Positions 1 through 8,727 of a stretch of DNA of 64,000 bases are shown one piece after another; position 1 is the stretch's first letter, and every line of letters starts with the position of its first letter. The stretch comes from Chitinophagaceae bacterium. Lineage in GTDB: Bacteria; Bacteroidota; Bacteroidia; Chitinophagales; Chitinophagaceae. The position numbers were made by a program, and so were the translations under genes. Where the stretch lies: the NCBI GenBank assembly GCA_016719165.1, contig JADKAJ010000001.1, positions 733,669-797,668 on the forward strand, given 5' to 3'. Below the pieces are notes generated by a model, which searched no databases, had not been told where the DNA came from, and was given only the letters and a program-made list of their open reading frames with translations.

Positions 1-3000
1 CCGGATCTACATCCGGTGCTTTTGTAACTACCACTGTAACGCTGCCGGCTTCTGCAAATGGGAAAATCATTGCTTTAAGATGGCGCCGGGGTACTGATCA
101 CATTGTATCAGCTACAGGAGTTTTTATTGATAATATTACGATCACTGGTTGTTCAACACCTGTACTTTCCTGTACTCAGAATTTTGATGGGGTCACTGCT
201 CCCGCTTTACCTGCAGCCTGGACTGCCGCTACTGCATTGGATTGTGTTAACTCAAATCCTTGGGTAACGGCTAGCTCAACACCAGACAGTCCGCCTAATT
301 CTGTTTTTGTTAATGATCCTGATTGTGTTTCAGATGAATACCTGTATTCAAGATTATTCCAGATAGTTTCTGCATCTGCCCAAATTACATTCAGGAGGAA
401 TCATGACCTTGAACTGAATTATGATGGCATGGTGCTTGAAATTTCCATTGGAGGAATGCCCTTCACAGATATTTTGCTTGCCGGGGGTTCATTTGTAGTT
501 GGAGGTTATAATGCTGCAATAAGTAACTGCTGCGGTAATCCGCTAAGCAACCGTTCAGCGTGGACAGGAAGTTCAGGCGGATGGGTAACAACAACCATAA
601 ACCTGCCTGTATCTGCAAATAATAAATCCGTTGTATTGAGGTGGCGCCGGGGTACTGATAATAGTGTGACGGGTACGGGGGCATACATAGATGGCCTTTC
701 CATTACTGGTGCTGTATGTTTTACACCTTGTGCCAATACGATTATATTGTCTCCTAATGGAGGAAGTATATGCAGCAGCAATCAAATTGTTTTAACGGCA
801 TCCGGGGCTAATGGAAATTATGAATGGTATAAAAACGATGTTAAAATTAACGATGCATTTGGTGATACTTATACCGCCATAACGGGTGGTATATATTATG
901 TACGATCAATGATAAGTGGATGTTTGGTAACTTCTAATGTGGCAGTTTTAGAACCTGGCACCATAGTTCCCGGTATTACGGGTACAGGAGTTTATTGCCT
1001 GGGTTCTTCCGTAAGTATTGGAATGGCGGTTTCACAAACTGACCAGGAATATACCTGGAAAAGAAATGGAATAGCTGTCAATGGCCCTGTAAGTGGTACC
1101 GGGGGATCCATGAGTTTTAATTTTACAATGGATGCCGGCAGGGCTGGAAAATATGTTGTAGAAACAACAAAGCCAGGTTGTATAGCAGCTGTTTCGGACA
1201 CTGTCTATATAGGATCACCGGATATAACCGGCCTCTCTACTGTTACGGTTTGCTCAGACCAGGCAATAATTAAATGGAACCGGGTGATCCCGCAATTTAT
1301 TTCACAAACTTATGAGTATGAGATTACTCAGTCTTCTTCGCCAACAGGTAATAGCAATTACACTGCAGATAGTGTCAGGTCGGTTACATCATTGATTCCC
1401 TCAACACAGTATTATTTTCATATTCGTTCTACTTGTGATCTTTCAGGATTTGGAAACTGGACCAGTATTTCATTTACTACTTCTCCCTCTACTAGTTTAA
1501 CATTAAGTCCCACTACAGGCAGTTTTTGTAACAATCCTTCTCCAATTACAATCACGGCTTCCGGTGGTGGTGCAAGCTATTCATGGTTTAAAGATGGTTC
1601 ATTTATTTTTGGAGAAAGCGGTTCTTCAATTAATGCTACTTCCGGTGGGGTGTATACTGCCACATCAACTATTGGGGGCTGTACGCTTTCATCAAATGAA
1701 GCAATTCTTGAATCTGGTTCTGTTCCACCCAATCTTGGTGGTACAGGTATTTATTGTTTGGGAGAGTCCGTGAATGTAGGAATACCGGTAACAGAATTAG
1801 GACAGGATTATACCTGGCGGCAAAATGGTCTTGCTGTGTATGGCCCAATTGGCGGTAATGGTGGAAACCAAAGCCTCCAATTTAATATGGTAGAGAATCG
1901 GGCAGGAGTATACTACGTAGAGTCAACAAGACCAGGTTGTGGTGTTGTATATTCTGGTACTGTGTATGTAGGGTTTGCTCAAATAAATAATTTGGTGACA
2001 ACTGCTATTTGTGCCAACCAGGTAACATTTAAATGGAGCAGGGTGGCCCCGGTCAGTATTTCCCAAACTTATGAGTATGAGGTTACACAGTCATCGTTCC
2101 CATCCGGTAACGGAACCTTGACTTCGGACAGTAGCATTTCGGTTACATCATTGAACCCTTCTTCACTTTATTATATCCATGTTCGTGCTGCCTGCAATTT
2201 TGGTTCTTCGTTTGGAGACTGGACCACTATTTCTTTCACCACTTCTTCCAGTAATTTTAGTTTAAGTCCAACTTCCGGAAATGTATGTAATAATACTTTG
2301 CTGTTAACAGCATCCGGTAATGCAACTATTTATGAATGGTACAGGGACAATAACTTAATAGACGGTGCAACAGGCGCAACATATAATGCAAGCACAGCCG
2401 GTACTTATAGAGCAGAAACAATCTTTAACGGCTGCAGGAATGTTTCTAATAATGCCGTAATCTCGGAAACTACAATAGTTGATCCAATTGTTGATTTAGG
2501 TACAAATGGGGTAACCAGTAGAGTGTATTGTTCTGGTGCTTTAGTTGATATTAGGATTACTAATTCTGAACTTTCGCAGCAATATTCCTTGTATCGAAAT
2601 GGCTCATTTTATTCCGGACCGATTGGTGGGAATGGGGGCAACCAAAGCCTGGTAATTGCTATGTCCCCATCGCAGGATGCCACCTGGACTGTAAGAACTT
2701 CAAAAGCAGGATGTGGTGATGAAACATCTAATGCAGTTTTTGTTGATGAGGCGAGGGTTACAGGTCTGAATACAACGGCAATCTGTTCAAACCAGGTTAG
2801 TTTTGAATGGAACAGCATTGTAACGGGAGAAAATTATCAGTATGTAGTTAATCAAAGCATAACTCCACCTTCAAATCCTGTCAATCCTGGCACCACCTCT
2901 TCAACCTCGGCCACTGTTTCATCCTTATTGCCTTCAACCGCTTATTATATCCATATGCGGGCTGCCAGCGGACCTGACTACACTTCATTTTGTTCTACGT

Positions 3001-3257
3001 GGACTACCATTTCATTTTCCACCCTTGCAAGTAATGCAATTTTGGTATGGACAGGTGCTTTTGATAATTCGTGGACGAACCCCTCTAACTGGGCATGCGG
3101 ACAGGTACCGGGGCCAACATCAGAAGTGGTTATCAACGGAGGGTTGCCAAACTATCCTTTTATAACATCGAATGCCACTATAAAAAAACTTTCCGTTAAT
3201 CCTGGTGCTTCTGTTACTGTAGAGCCAGGTGTAACATTAACTATAACCAGTCAATAA
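1..3257 (+). CDS. Large modular cell-surface (adhesin-like) repeat protein, 5'-truncated by the window edge
   Basis: Frame 3 is open from nt 3 (GSTSGAFVTTTVTLPASANGKIIALRWRRGTD...), so the TTG 'start' at 237 is internal. It holds the end of one and a complete second ~180-aa MAM/choice-of-anchor-J-like module (171-719: CTQNFDGVTAPALPAAW..DC..SNPW..LRWRRGTD..IDGLSITG). Three tandem ~254-aa cassettes follow, then a 70-aa conserved tail ending LTITSQ. Confidence 0.85.
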   Translation, partial: GSTSGAFVTTTVTLPASANGKIIALRWRRGTDHIVSATGVFIDNITITGCSTPVLSCTQNFDGVTAPALPAAWTAATALDCVNSNPWVTASSTPDSPPNSVFVNDPDCVSDEYLYSRLFQIVSASAQITFRRNHDLELNYDGMVLEISIGGMPFTDILLAGGSFVVGGYNAAISNCCGNPLSNRSAWTGSSGGWVTTTINLPVSANNKSVVLRWRRGTDNSVTGTGAYIDGLSITGAVCFTPCANTIILSPNGGSICSSNQIVLTASGANGNYEWYKNDVKINDAFGDTYTAITGGIYYVRSMISGCLVTSNVAVLEPGTIVPGITGTGVYCLGSSVSIGMAVSQTDQEYTWKRNGIAVNGPVSGTGGSMSFNFTMDAGRAGKYVVETTKPGCIAAVSDTVYIGSPDITGLSTVTVCSDQAIIKWNRVIPQFISQTYEYEITQSSSPTGNSNYTADSVRSVTSLIPSTQYYFHIRSTCDLSGFGNWTSISFTTSPSTSLTLSPTTGSFCNNPSPITITASGGGASYSWFKDGSFIFGESGSSINATSGGVYTATSTIGGCTLSSNEAILESGSVPPNLGGTGIYCLGESVNVGIPVTELGQDYTWRQNGLAVYGPIGGNGGNQSLQFNMVENRAGVYYVESTRPGCGVVYSGTVYVGFAQINNLVTTAICANQVTFKWSRVAPVSISQTYEYEVTQSSFPSGNGTLTSDSSISVTSLNPSSLYYIHVRAACNFGSSFGDWTTISFTTSSSNFSLSPTSGNVCNNTLLLTASGNATIYEWYRDNNLIDGATGATYNASTAGTYRAETIFNGCRNVSNNAVISETTIVDPIVDLGTNGVTSRVYCSGALVDIRITNSELSQQYSLYRNGSFYSGPIGGNGGNQSLVIAMSPSQDATWTVRTSKAGCGDETSNAVFVDEARVTGLNTTAICSNQVSFEWNSIVTGENYQYVVNQSITPPSNPVNPGTTSSTSATVSSLLPSTAYYIHMRAASGPDYTSFCSTWTTISFSTLASNAILVWTGAFDNSWTNPSNWACGQVPGPTSEVVINGGLPNYPFITSNATIKKLSVNPGASVTVEPGVTLTITSQ
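720..3023 (+). repeat. Three tandem in-frame ~762-bp (254-260 aa) cassettes inside the surface-protein gene
   Basis: Units are 720-1481, 1482-2243 and 2244-3023. Each holds an Ig-like module (..LTASG...YEWY..G..I.GATG.TY.A...G.Y......GC...SN), a second Cys-containing module (GTG[VI]YC.G.SV....QDYTW..NG..VYGP.GG.G......M....G.Y.VE...PGC) and an Fn3-like module (C.NQ..FKW......YEYE[IV]TQSS...YY[FI]H[IV]R....W[TS].ISFTT). Confidence 0.8.
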
Positions 3258-3288
3258 AAAATAAAACTGATAATAAAACCATCAACAG

Positions 3289-6219
3289 ATGAGAAAATAT
3301 TTTATTTCACATTCCGCTGTGCTCTTGTTTTTAATTTCAGTCAGTAACCAGGCAGCAGCTCAGTGCACCGAAAATTTTGATGGTGTAACAGCTCCCGCCT
3401 TACCTGCCGGCTGGAGTGCTGTTACGTTGACTGATTGCACTGGTTCAAATCCATGGGTTACATCGACAACAACACCCAGCAGTGCACCTAATGCTGCATT
3501 TGTTACTGCACCTGCCTGTGTTTCTGATGAAGTATTAGTTTCAAGACAGTATTTAATAACCAGCTCAACTGCCCAATTAACATTTCGGAGAAGGCATGGC
3601 TTAGAAGCTAATATGGATGGGTTAGTACTGGAGATATCTATTAATGGCGGAAGTTTTGAAGATATTTCTTATACGGGGAGCTTTGGAGCCGGTGGTTATA
3701 ATACAATACTCAACTCAAGCGGCAACCCTCTTGCAGGAAGAGAGGCATGGAGCGGATCCACTTCAAATGCTTATGTAACAACAACAGTAAATCTGCCGGC
3801 ATCTGTAATTGGGAAAGTTGTTGTTTTTAGATGGCGAAGGGGTACTAATGCAAGTGTATCAGGAACAGGAGTATATATTGATAATATCAGTCTTACTGGT
3901 TGTTCAATTTCGGTATGTGCTGAAAACTTTGACGGGATCACTGCACCGGCTTTGCCTTCCGGATGGATAGCATTCACTGCAAGGGATTGTACTGGTTCAA
4001 ATCCATGGGCTACAGTTAATAACTGGTCTCATACAGCTCCAAACGCTGCATATGTATCTGCTGCCGATTGTGTTTCGGATGAATACCTGTATTCAAAAGT
4101 ATTCCAGATAGTTTCAGCAACAGCACAAATAAATTTTAGAAGAAGTTTTAGTCTTGAATCTAATTTTGATGGTTTGGTATTGGAGATATCTATTGGCGGG
4201 GCTCCTTTTGTTGATATTCAGGCAGCAGGAGGCCTCTTTATTACTGGAGGATATAATGGCGTTATAAGTAATTGTTGTGGTAATCCCTTAGGGGGCCGTT
4301 CTGCCTGGACCGGGAATGTACTTACATGGACTCTAACAACAATTAATCTTCCCGCCTCAGCTAATGGAAAAACGGTTATCCTGAGATGGAGAAGGGGAAC
4401 TGATAGTTCCACCCCCAGCGCAGGTGCACATATTGATGGACTTTCAATTACAGGTTCATTGTGTAGCCCCGTATGCGCCACCCGTATCACATTGACACCT
4501 GCGGGTGGAAATTTATGCAGTACTAATCCAATTGTTTTGACGGCTTCTGTAGCTGGGGCATCATATGAATGGTACCGTAATGATGTTAAGATTGATGATG
4601 TATCCGGGAATACATATTCAGCAATAAGCAGTGGTATTTATTATGCAAAAGCAGTTATCGGGGGATGTTTAGTTACATCTAATGTATCAGTTTTAGACGC
4701 TGGCACCGAAACTCCGGCGCTTAACGGTGGCGGCGTTTATTGTCCGGGTTCTTCTGTAAGTCTTACTGTGCCGGAATCGAAAAGCACACAGGATTATACC
4801 TGGAAAAAAAATGGAGTAGTAGTTTACGGCCCTGTAACTGGCAATGACGGGCCATTAAGCTATAATTTTAATATGGATGCAGGAATGGTGGGTGATTATT
4901 CTGTAGAAACATATAAACCGGGATGTGTTGGAGTCGTTTCAAATATTGCTTATGTGAGATTATCGGAACAGGTAACGGGACTTACTACAGAACAGGTTTG
5001 CCCAAATCAGGCAATTATTAAATGGAATAAGGTGATTCCGAATCCTTTTCCTGAACGATATGAATATCATCTTTCAGAGTCAAGTACCCCACCTTCCTCA
5101 GGTTCACAGGTTTTTGATAGTGTTATAACTCTACCTGTCAATCCTTCAACACTGTATTATTTTTATGTACGTTCTTATTGTGAAGGTTCAACAGGAACAT
5201 GGAGCAGTATTTCATTTACAACTCCTGTACAAAGTACTCTAACTCTGAGTCCTGCAAATGCAACAATTTGTAATGGTAGCCCGGTAACCTTAACAGCGTC
5301 TGGTGGTGGAAGCAGTTATGCTTTGTACTGGAATGGCAGCATTCAGTATGGTTCAAATAGCCCCACTTTCACTATTAGTACATCCGGTACTTATACAGTG
5401 ACATCTGAGGTAAATGGTTGTACTTTAACTTCAAATTCTTCAGTAATTAATACTGCCACATTGTTTGCAACAACTCTTTCCGGATCAGGGGTTTATTGTG
5501 CCGGCGAGTTGGTTGATTTGAGAACGACTACACAACCATCACAACAGTACTCCTGGTATAGCAGCTCAGGGTCTCTTGTATATGGCCCTGTTGGTGGAGG
5601 AAATGGGGGTAACCAAAGTTATGTGCTAACGATGTCTGCCGGCGCTGAAGGCAGTTATTATGTCAAAACGACATCATCAGGTTGTGAGCGTCAATCAAAC
5701 TCTGTTATTATTTACGAAGCAGCTATAAAAAATCTTATTGCAACAAAGATTTGTTCGAACCAGGCCAGTTTTAGCTGGGATTTTATTCCAACGGATTTTC
5801 AATATGTCGTTGATCAAAATAGCTCACCTCCTGTTAATCCCTCAAATCCGATATTTACGAATAATACTGATATTACTGTTAATTTGCTATTACCTGCAAC
5901 AACATATTATATCCATGTAAGGGCAAGGGCCAATAATTCTGCAAATACCGACTATTGCTCTAACTGGACGACATTGTCTTTTACTACTGAACCAGAAAAT
6001 GCTGCAGAATGGACTGGTGAATTGAGCACAAACTGGTTTGATGGCGGGAATTGGAAATGCGGAACTGTTCCAGGGCCAGGTTTCGAAGTTGTTGTAAACG
6101 CCGGCAAACCCAATTATCCGGTTATCACATCTAATACTACAATAAAGAAACTTACAGTTAATTCCGGGGCATCAGTAAACGTTTCAACCGGAGTAACGCT
6201 GACTATAACAAGCCAGTAA
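3289..6219 (+). CDS. Modular cell-surface (adhesin-like) repeat protein, paralog of the upstream gene
   Basis: 976-aa ORF with signal peptide MRKYFISHSAVLLFLISVSNQAAAQ. It has two MAM/choice-of-anchor-J-like modules (3364-3903, 3916-4464), two 254-aa cassettes and the same 70-aa tail (6007-6216). Module 2 closely matches nt 171-719 of the upstream gene (SDEYLYS..FQIVSA.AQI.FRR....DG.VLEISIGG.PF.DI..AGG....GGYN..ISNCCGNPL..RSAWTG). Confidence 0.9.
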   Translation: MRKYFISHSAVLLFLISVSNQAAAQCTENFDGVTAPALPAGWSAVTLTDCTGSNPWVTSTTTPSSAPNAAFVTAPACVSDEVLVSRQYLITSSTAQLTFRRRHGLEANMDGLVLEISINGGSFEDISYTGSFGAGGYNTILNSSGNPLAGREAWSGSTSNAYVTTTVNLPASVIGKVVVFRWRRGTNASVSGTGVYIDNISLTGCSISVCAENFDGITAPALPSGWIAFTARDCTGSNPWATVNNWSHTAPNAAYVSAADCVSDEYLYSKVFQIVSATAQINFRRSFSLESNFDGLVLEISIGGAPFVDIQAAGGLFITGGYNGVISNCCGNPLGGRSAWTGNVLTWTLTTINLPASANGKTVILRWRRGTDSSTPSAGAHIDGLSITGSLCSPVCATRITLTPAGGNLCSTNPIVLTASVAGASYEWYRNDVKIDDVSGNTYSAISSGIYYAKAVIGGCLVTSNVSVLDAGTETPALNGGGVYCPGSSVSLTVPESKSTQDYTWKKNGVVVYGPVTGNDGPLSYNFNMDAGMVGDYSVETYKPGCVGVVSNIAYVRLSEQVTGLTTEQVCPNQAIIKWNKVIPNPFPERYEYHLSESSTPPSSGSQVFDSVITLPVNPSTLYYFYVRSYCEGSTGTWSSISFTTPVQSTLTLSPANATICNGSPVTLTASGGGSSYALYWNGSIQYGSNSPTFTISTSGTYTVTSEVNGCTLTSNSSVINTATLFATTLSGSGVYCAGELVDLRTTTQPSQQYSWYSSSGSLVYGPVGGGNGGNQSYVLTMSAGAEGSYYVKTTSSGCERQSNSVIIYEAAIKNLIATKICSNQASFSWDFIPTDFQYVVDQNSSPPVNPSNPIFTNNTDITVNLLLPATTYYIHVRARANNSANTDYCSNWTTLSFTTEPENAAEWTGELSTNWFDGGNWKCGTVPGPGFEVVVNAGKPNYPVITSNTTIKKLTVNSGASVNVSTGVTLTITSQ
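4465..5988 (+). repeat. Two tandem in-frame ~762-bp cassettes, same cassette type as 720-3023
   Basis: Units are 4465-5223 and 5224-5988. Each ends in ISFTT/LSFTT and has the same three-module order as the upstream paralog. Confidence 0.8.
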
Positions 6220-6227
6220 AAGAAAAG

Positions 6228-6300
6228 AGCGGAATACGGGACTCGAACCCGCTACCTACAGCTTGGGAAGCTGTCGCTCTACCAGGTGAGCTACTTCCGC
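6228..6300 (-). tRNA. tRNA-Gly (anticodon CCC)
   Basis: The reverse complement is GCGGAAGTAGCTCACCTGGTAGAGCGACAGCTTCCCAAGCTGTAGGTAGCGGGTTCGAGTCCCGTATTCCGCT. It folds as a 73-nt cloverleaf: D stem GCTC/GAGC, anticodon stem ACAGC/GCTGT, loop TTCCCAA, T stem-loop GCGGG-TTCGAGT-CCCGT. There is one G7:A66 mismatch and no encoded CCA. Confidence 0.9.
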
Positions 6301-6302
6301 TT

Positions 6303-6827
6303 TTATAGGTTGGCAACAGGAATTGAAAATGTAATCCTGTTGGCCAGCCAGCTATCCTTTACCGGGATGATCCATTTATTTTCCAGTTCAGCTTTTGTCT
6401 GTACCAGGTTGTTGAAGTATAAAGTATCATTATGGATGAATCCATTCTCCGCAGCATATTGTAATTGTGAAAGAGGCAATAACTGCAATTTGTCTTTCAC
6501 TACAAAAGCCAGTGTTGTACGGTCAAACATATTAACACCAAACCGTTGTTCGATCTCTTTTATTAACCGTACAGAGCTATCTGTGCTGCACCCGCTGACA
6601 CCGGTAGCTGTTTCATCGGCCATCAGGATAATGAACTGCCCAAAAAAAAGATAAGCAGCCCCTTTTACCGGGGCACCGTGGCTCTGCCATTTTCCGGTAA
6701 AGTCTTTCAGAACTTCTTCGATCTCCAGCGCTTCACCAAGCGAAAACAGGCGATTACTTTGATAAACCCACACTTTTGAGTCAGGGTGAAAATTACCCTC
6801 CAGCAGGTATTTGTAGTCAAGATTCAT
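6303..6827 (-). CDS. Conserved hypothetical protein (Bacteroidota family, function unknown)
   Basis: 174-aa ORF with an ATG start and clean coding appearance (…GAPVKGAAYLFFGQFIILMADETATGVSGCSTDSSVRLIKEIEQRFG…). Its stop codon lies 2 nt from the tRNA-Gly 5' end. Confidence 0.7.
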   Translation of the reverse strand: MNLDYKYLLEGNFHPDSKVWVYQSNRLFSLGEALEIEEVLKDFTGKWQSHGAPVKGAAYLFFGQFIILMADETATGVSGCSTDSSVRLIKEIEQRFGVNMFDRTTLAFVVKDKLQLLPLSQLQYAAENGFIHNDTLYFNNLVQTKAELENKWIIPVKDSWLANRITFSIPVANL

Positions 6828-6858
6828 GCTGCTAAATTACAACCAATTTATAATCCTG

Positions 6859-7263
6859 ATGGAACAAACAAATAAAAATGACAAACTGCTGGCGCACTGG
6901 ACCTATGCCCGGGACGAATGGAACAGGTTTTTGAAATGGAGTTTTTTCAAAAAAGGATTTATTTTTTACCTGTTCCATCTGCTAAACCCATTTAAACAAA
7001 AGGGTAGTGCTGAAGTAAAAATTTCATCCCGTTGTATCTCTATAAATGAAAACCGGAGCGAAGTAAACTTTCCGGATCAGTATTTTGCCGATGTCGATAT
7101 TTATGAGGCAGGCAATTTAAATATACTGGAGATTCTGTATAAAAACGGGCACCATCGGCGTAAAATAAGTATTCCCATTCCCAAAGGGAAATTAAAGGAA
7201 GCCATCGAAGTGCAAATGAGACTCACCCGGCAGTACACCAAAGCTATTATTGCAGACCGGTGA
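6859..7263 (+). CDS. Hypothetical protein
   Basis: ORF 6826-7263 with its first ATG at 6859 (MEQTNKNDKLLAHW…). I recognise no family. Confidence 0.45.
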   Translation: MEQTNKNDKLLAHWTYARDEWNRFLKWSFFKKGFIFYLFHLLNPFKQKGSAEVKISSRCISINENRSEVNFPDQYFADVDIYEAGNLNILEILYKNGHHRRKISIPIPKGKLKEAIEVQMRLTRQYTKAIIADR

Positions 7264-7306
7264 TCACCCGATTAAGTATAATGCCAGGTAAGAACGATGC
7301 TATCGT

Positions 7307-8086
7307 TTATTCCATTGATTGTGCAATCAGCTCAGCTATATCAAGAACCTGAACGGTCTCTTCTTTATCAGCAAGCTTTACGCCATCTGTCATCATTGTA
7401 TTACAGAAAGGGCAGGCAGCGGCAATCACATTGGCCCCGGTGGCTATGGCTTCCTTACTGCGGTCAATGTTGACCCGGCTGGTTCCTTTTTCTTCTTCTT
7501 TGAACATCTGTGCACCACCGGCGCCACAACATAATCCATTGCTGCGGCAGCGTTTCATTTCCACCAGTTCTGCATCCAGAGCTTCCAGTACTTTTCTTGG
7601 TGCTTCGTAAATATTATTGGAGCGGCCGAGATAGCAACTATCGTGGTAGGTGATTTTTTTGCCTTTGAAAATGCCACCTTCCTTCATTTTTATTTTTCCC
7701 TCATCAATCAAACTTTGCAAAAAGGTGGTATGATGAATGACTTCGTAAGTACCGCCTAATACAGGGTATTCGTTCTTCAGTGTATTGAAGCAATGGGGAC
7801 AGGCAGTCACTATTTTTTTGATACCGTAATTATTCAGGATCTGGATATTCTGGTACGCCATCATCTGGAACATGAATTCATTCCCGGCCCTTCGTACAGG
7901 ATCGCCGGTACACATTTCTTCTTTACCAAGAATGGCATAGTTTATACCAACTTTATCAAGAATAGTGACAAAGGCTTTGGTGATCTTCTGTGCCCGCTGG
8001 TCGAAACTACCGGCACATCCCACCCAAAATAAAATTTCCGGATGTTGACCATTTGCAAAAAAATCAGCTGCTGTTTTAATATTCAT
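7307..8086 (-). CDS. (Fe-S)-binding protein with two cysteine-rich CCG domains (heterodisulfide-reductase/GlpC/LutA-like small subunit)
   Basis: 259 aa with the motifs WVGCAGSFD…CTGDP and TACPHCFNTL…HDSCYLGR…GLCCGAGG…ACPFCNTM. Confidence 0.85.
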   Translation of the reverse strand: MNIKTAADFFANGQHPEILFWVGCAGSFDQRAQKITKAFVTILDKVGINYAILGKEEMCTGDPVRRAGNEFMFQMMAYQNIQILNNYGIKKIVTACPHCFNTLKNEYPVLGGTYEVIHHTTFLQSLIDEGKIKMKEGGIFKGKKITYHDSCYLGRSNNIYEAPRKVLEALDAELVEMKRCRSNGLCCGAGGAQMFKEEEKGTSRVNIDRSKEAIATGANVIAAACPFCNTMMTDGVKLADKEETVQVLDIAELIAQSME

Positions 8087-8141
8087 GAATTCATATCAAT
8101 TTTTCGCAGCAATAATACGGAATTAAAATAAAGCTCAGGCA

Positions 8142-8645
8142 TTAACCCCATGACCAGGAGGCCAGCACAACAGCTGCAAGAATGAATAAAAATGCTATCA
8201 GGCCGAGAGTGATCCATCCTAATAATTGACCGGCTTTTGCTTTCCTGTTGTCACCATCCCGTTTTTTAGCCATTGACCCTGTTACGATCGCAAGGATGGC
8301 TGCAACAAGGGAACCCAGTATAACATAAGGAACAAAAAGACCGAGAAGCAGCAGGCCAACTGCGATCAAACCAAAAGTAAAAGCAGTCTGTCCCTGTTTT
8401 TCGCTGTCTTTTGCCTGTTGCTTCAGTTTATGTTTGAGTATAATAAAGGATACTTTCTCTTTTATGGTAAGTTTTCTCCCGGCCAATTTCCGGAAGTCTT
8501 TCATTTTCATAGAAGCGATCTTTTTGTAGATAGCTTCAACCGGAATTATTTTATTATTGGAAAGAGGCGCAGTGGCGGCCTGTGCAGGTATGGCGGCAGT
8601 AAAAAAGCAACTGAAAATGCTGAGCCAGATAAGGAAAATTCTCAT
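8142..8645 (-). CDS. Membrane protein, hypothetical
   Basis: The likely start is the internal ATG giving MRIFLIWLSIFSCFFTAAIPAQA (signal peptide). The C-terminal half has 3 hydrophobic helices. Confidence 0.6.
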   Translation of the reverse strand: MRIFLIWLSIFSCFFTAAIPAQAATAPLSNNKIIPVEAIYKKIASMKMKDFRKLAGRKLTIKEKVSFIILKHKLKQQAKDSEKQGQTAFTFGLIAVGLLLLGLFVPYVILGSLVAAILAIVTGSMAKKRDGDNRKAKAGQLLGWITLGLIAFLFILAAVVLASWSWG

Positions 8646-8710
8646 GACAGTTAGTTTGAGAATAAATGTAAAGCATATTGAATATATTGCCAAATAAGGC
8701 ACTCAATAGT

Positions 8711-8718
8711 TATTTTTG
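8711..8718 (+). promoter_or_regulatory. Bacteroidota-type -7 promoter box (TATTTTTG)
   Basis: It matches the TAnnTTTG consensus and lies 10 nt upstream of the ATG at 8728. Confidence 0.45.
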
Positions 8719-8727
8719 CAGCTTTCA

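Noticed and set aside
6286-6654. 122-aa plus-strand ORF
   Set aside because: It starts inside tRNA-Gly and runs antisense to the 174-aa conserved gene.
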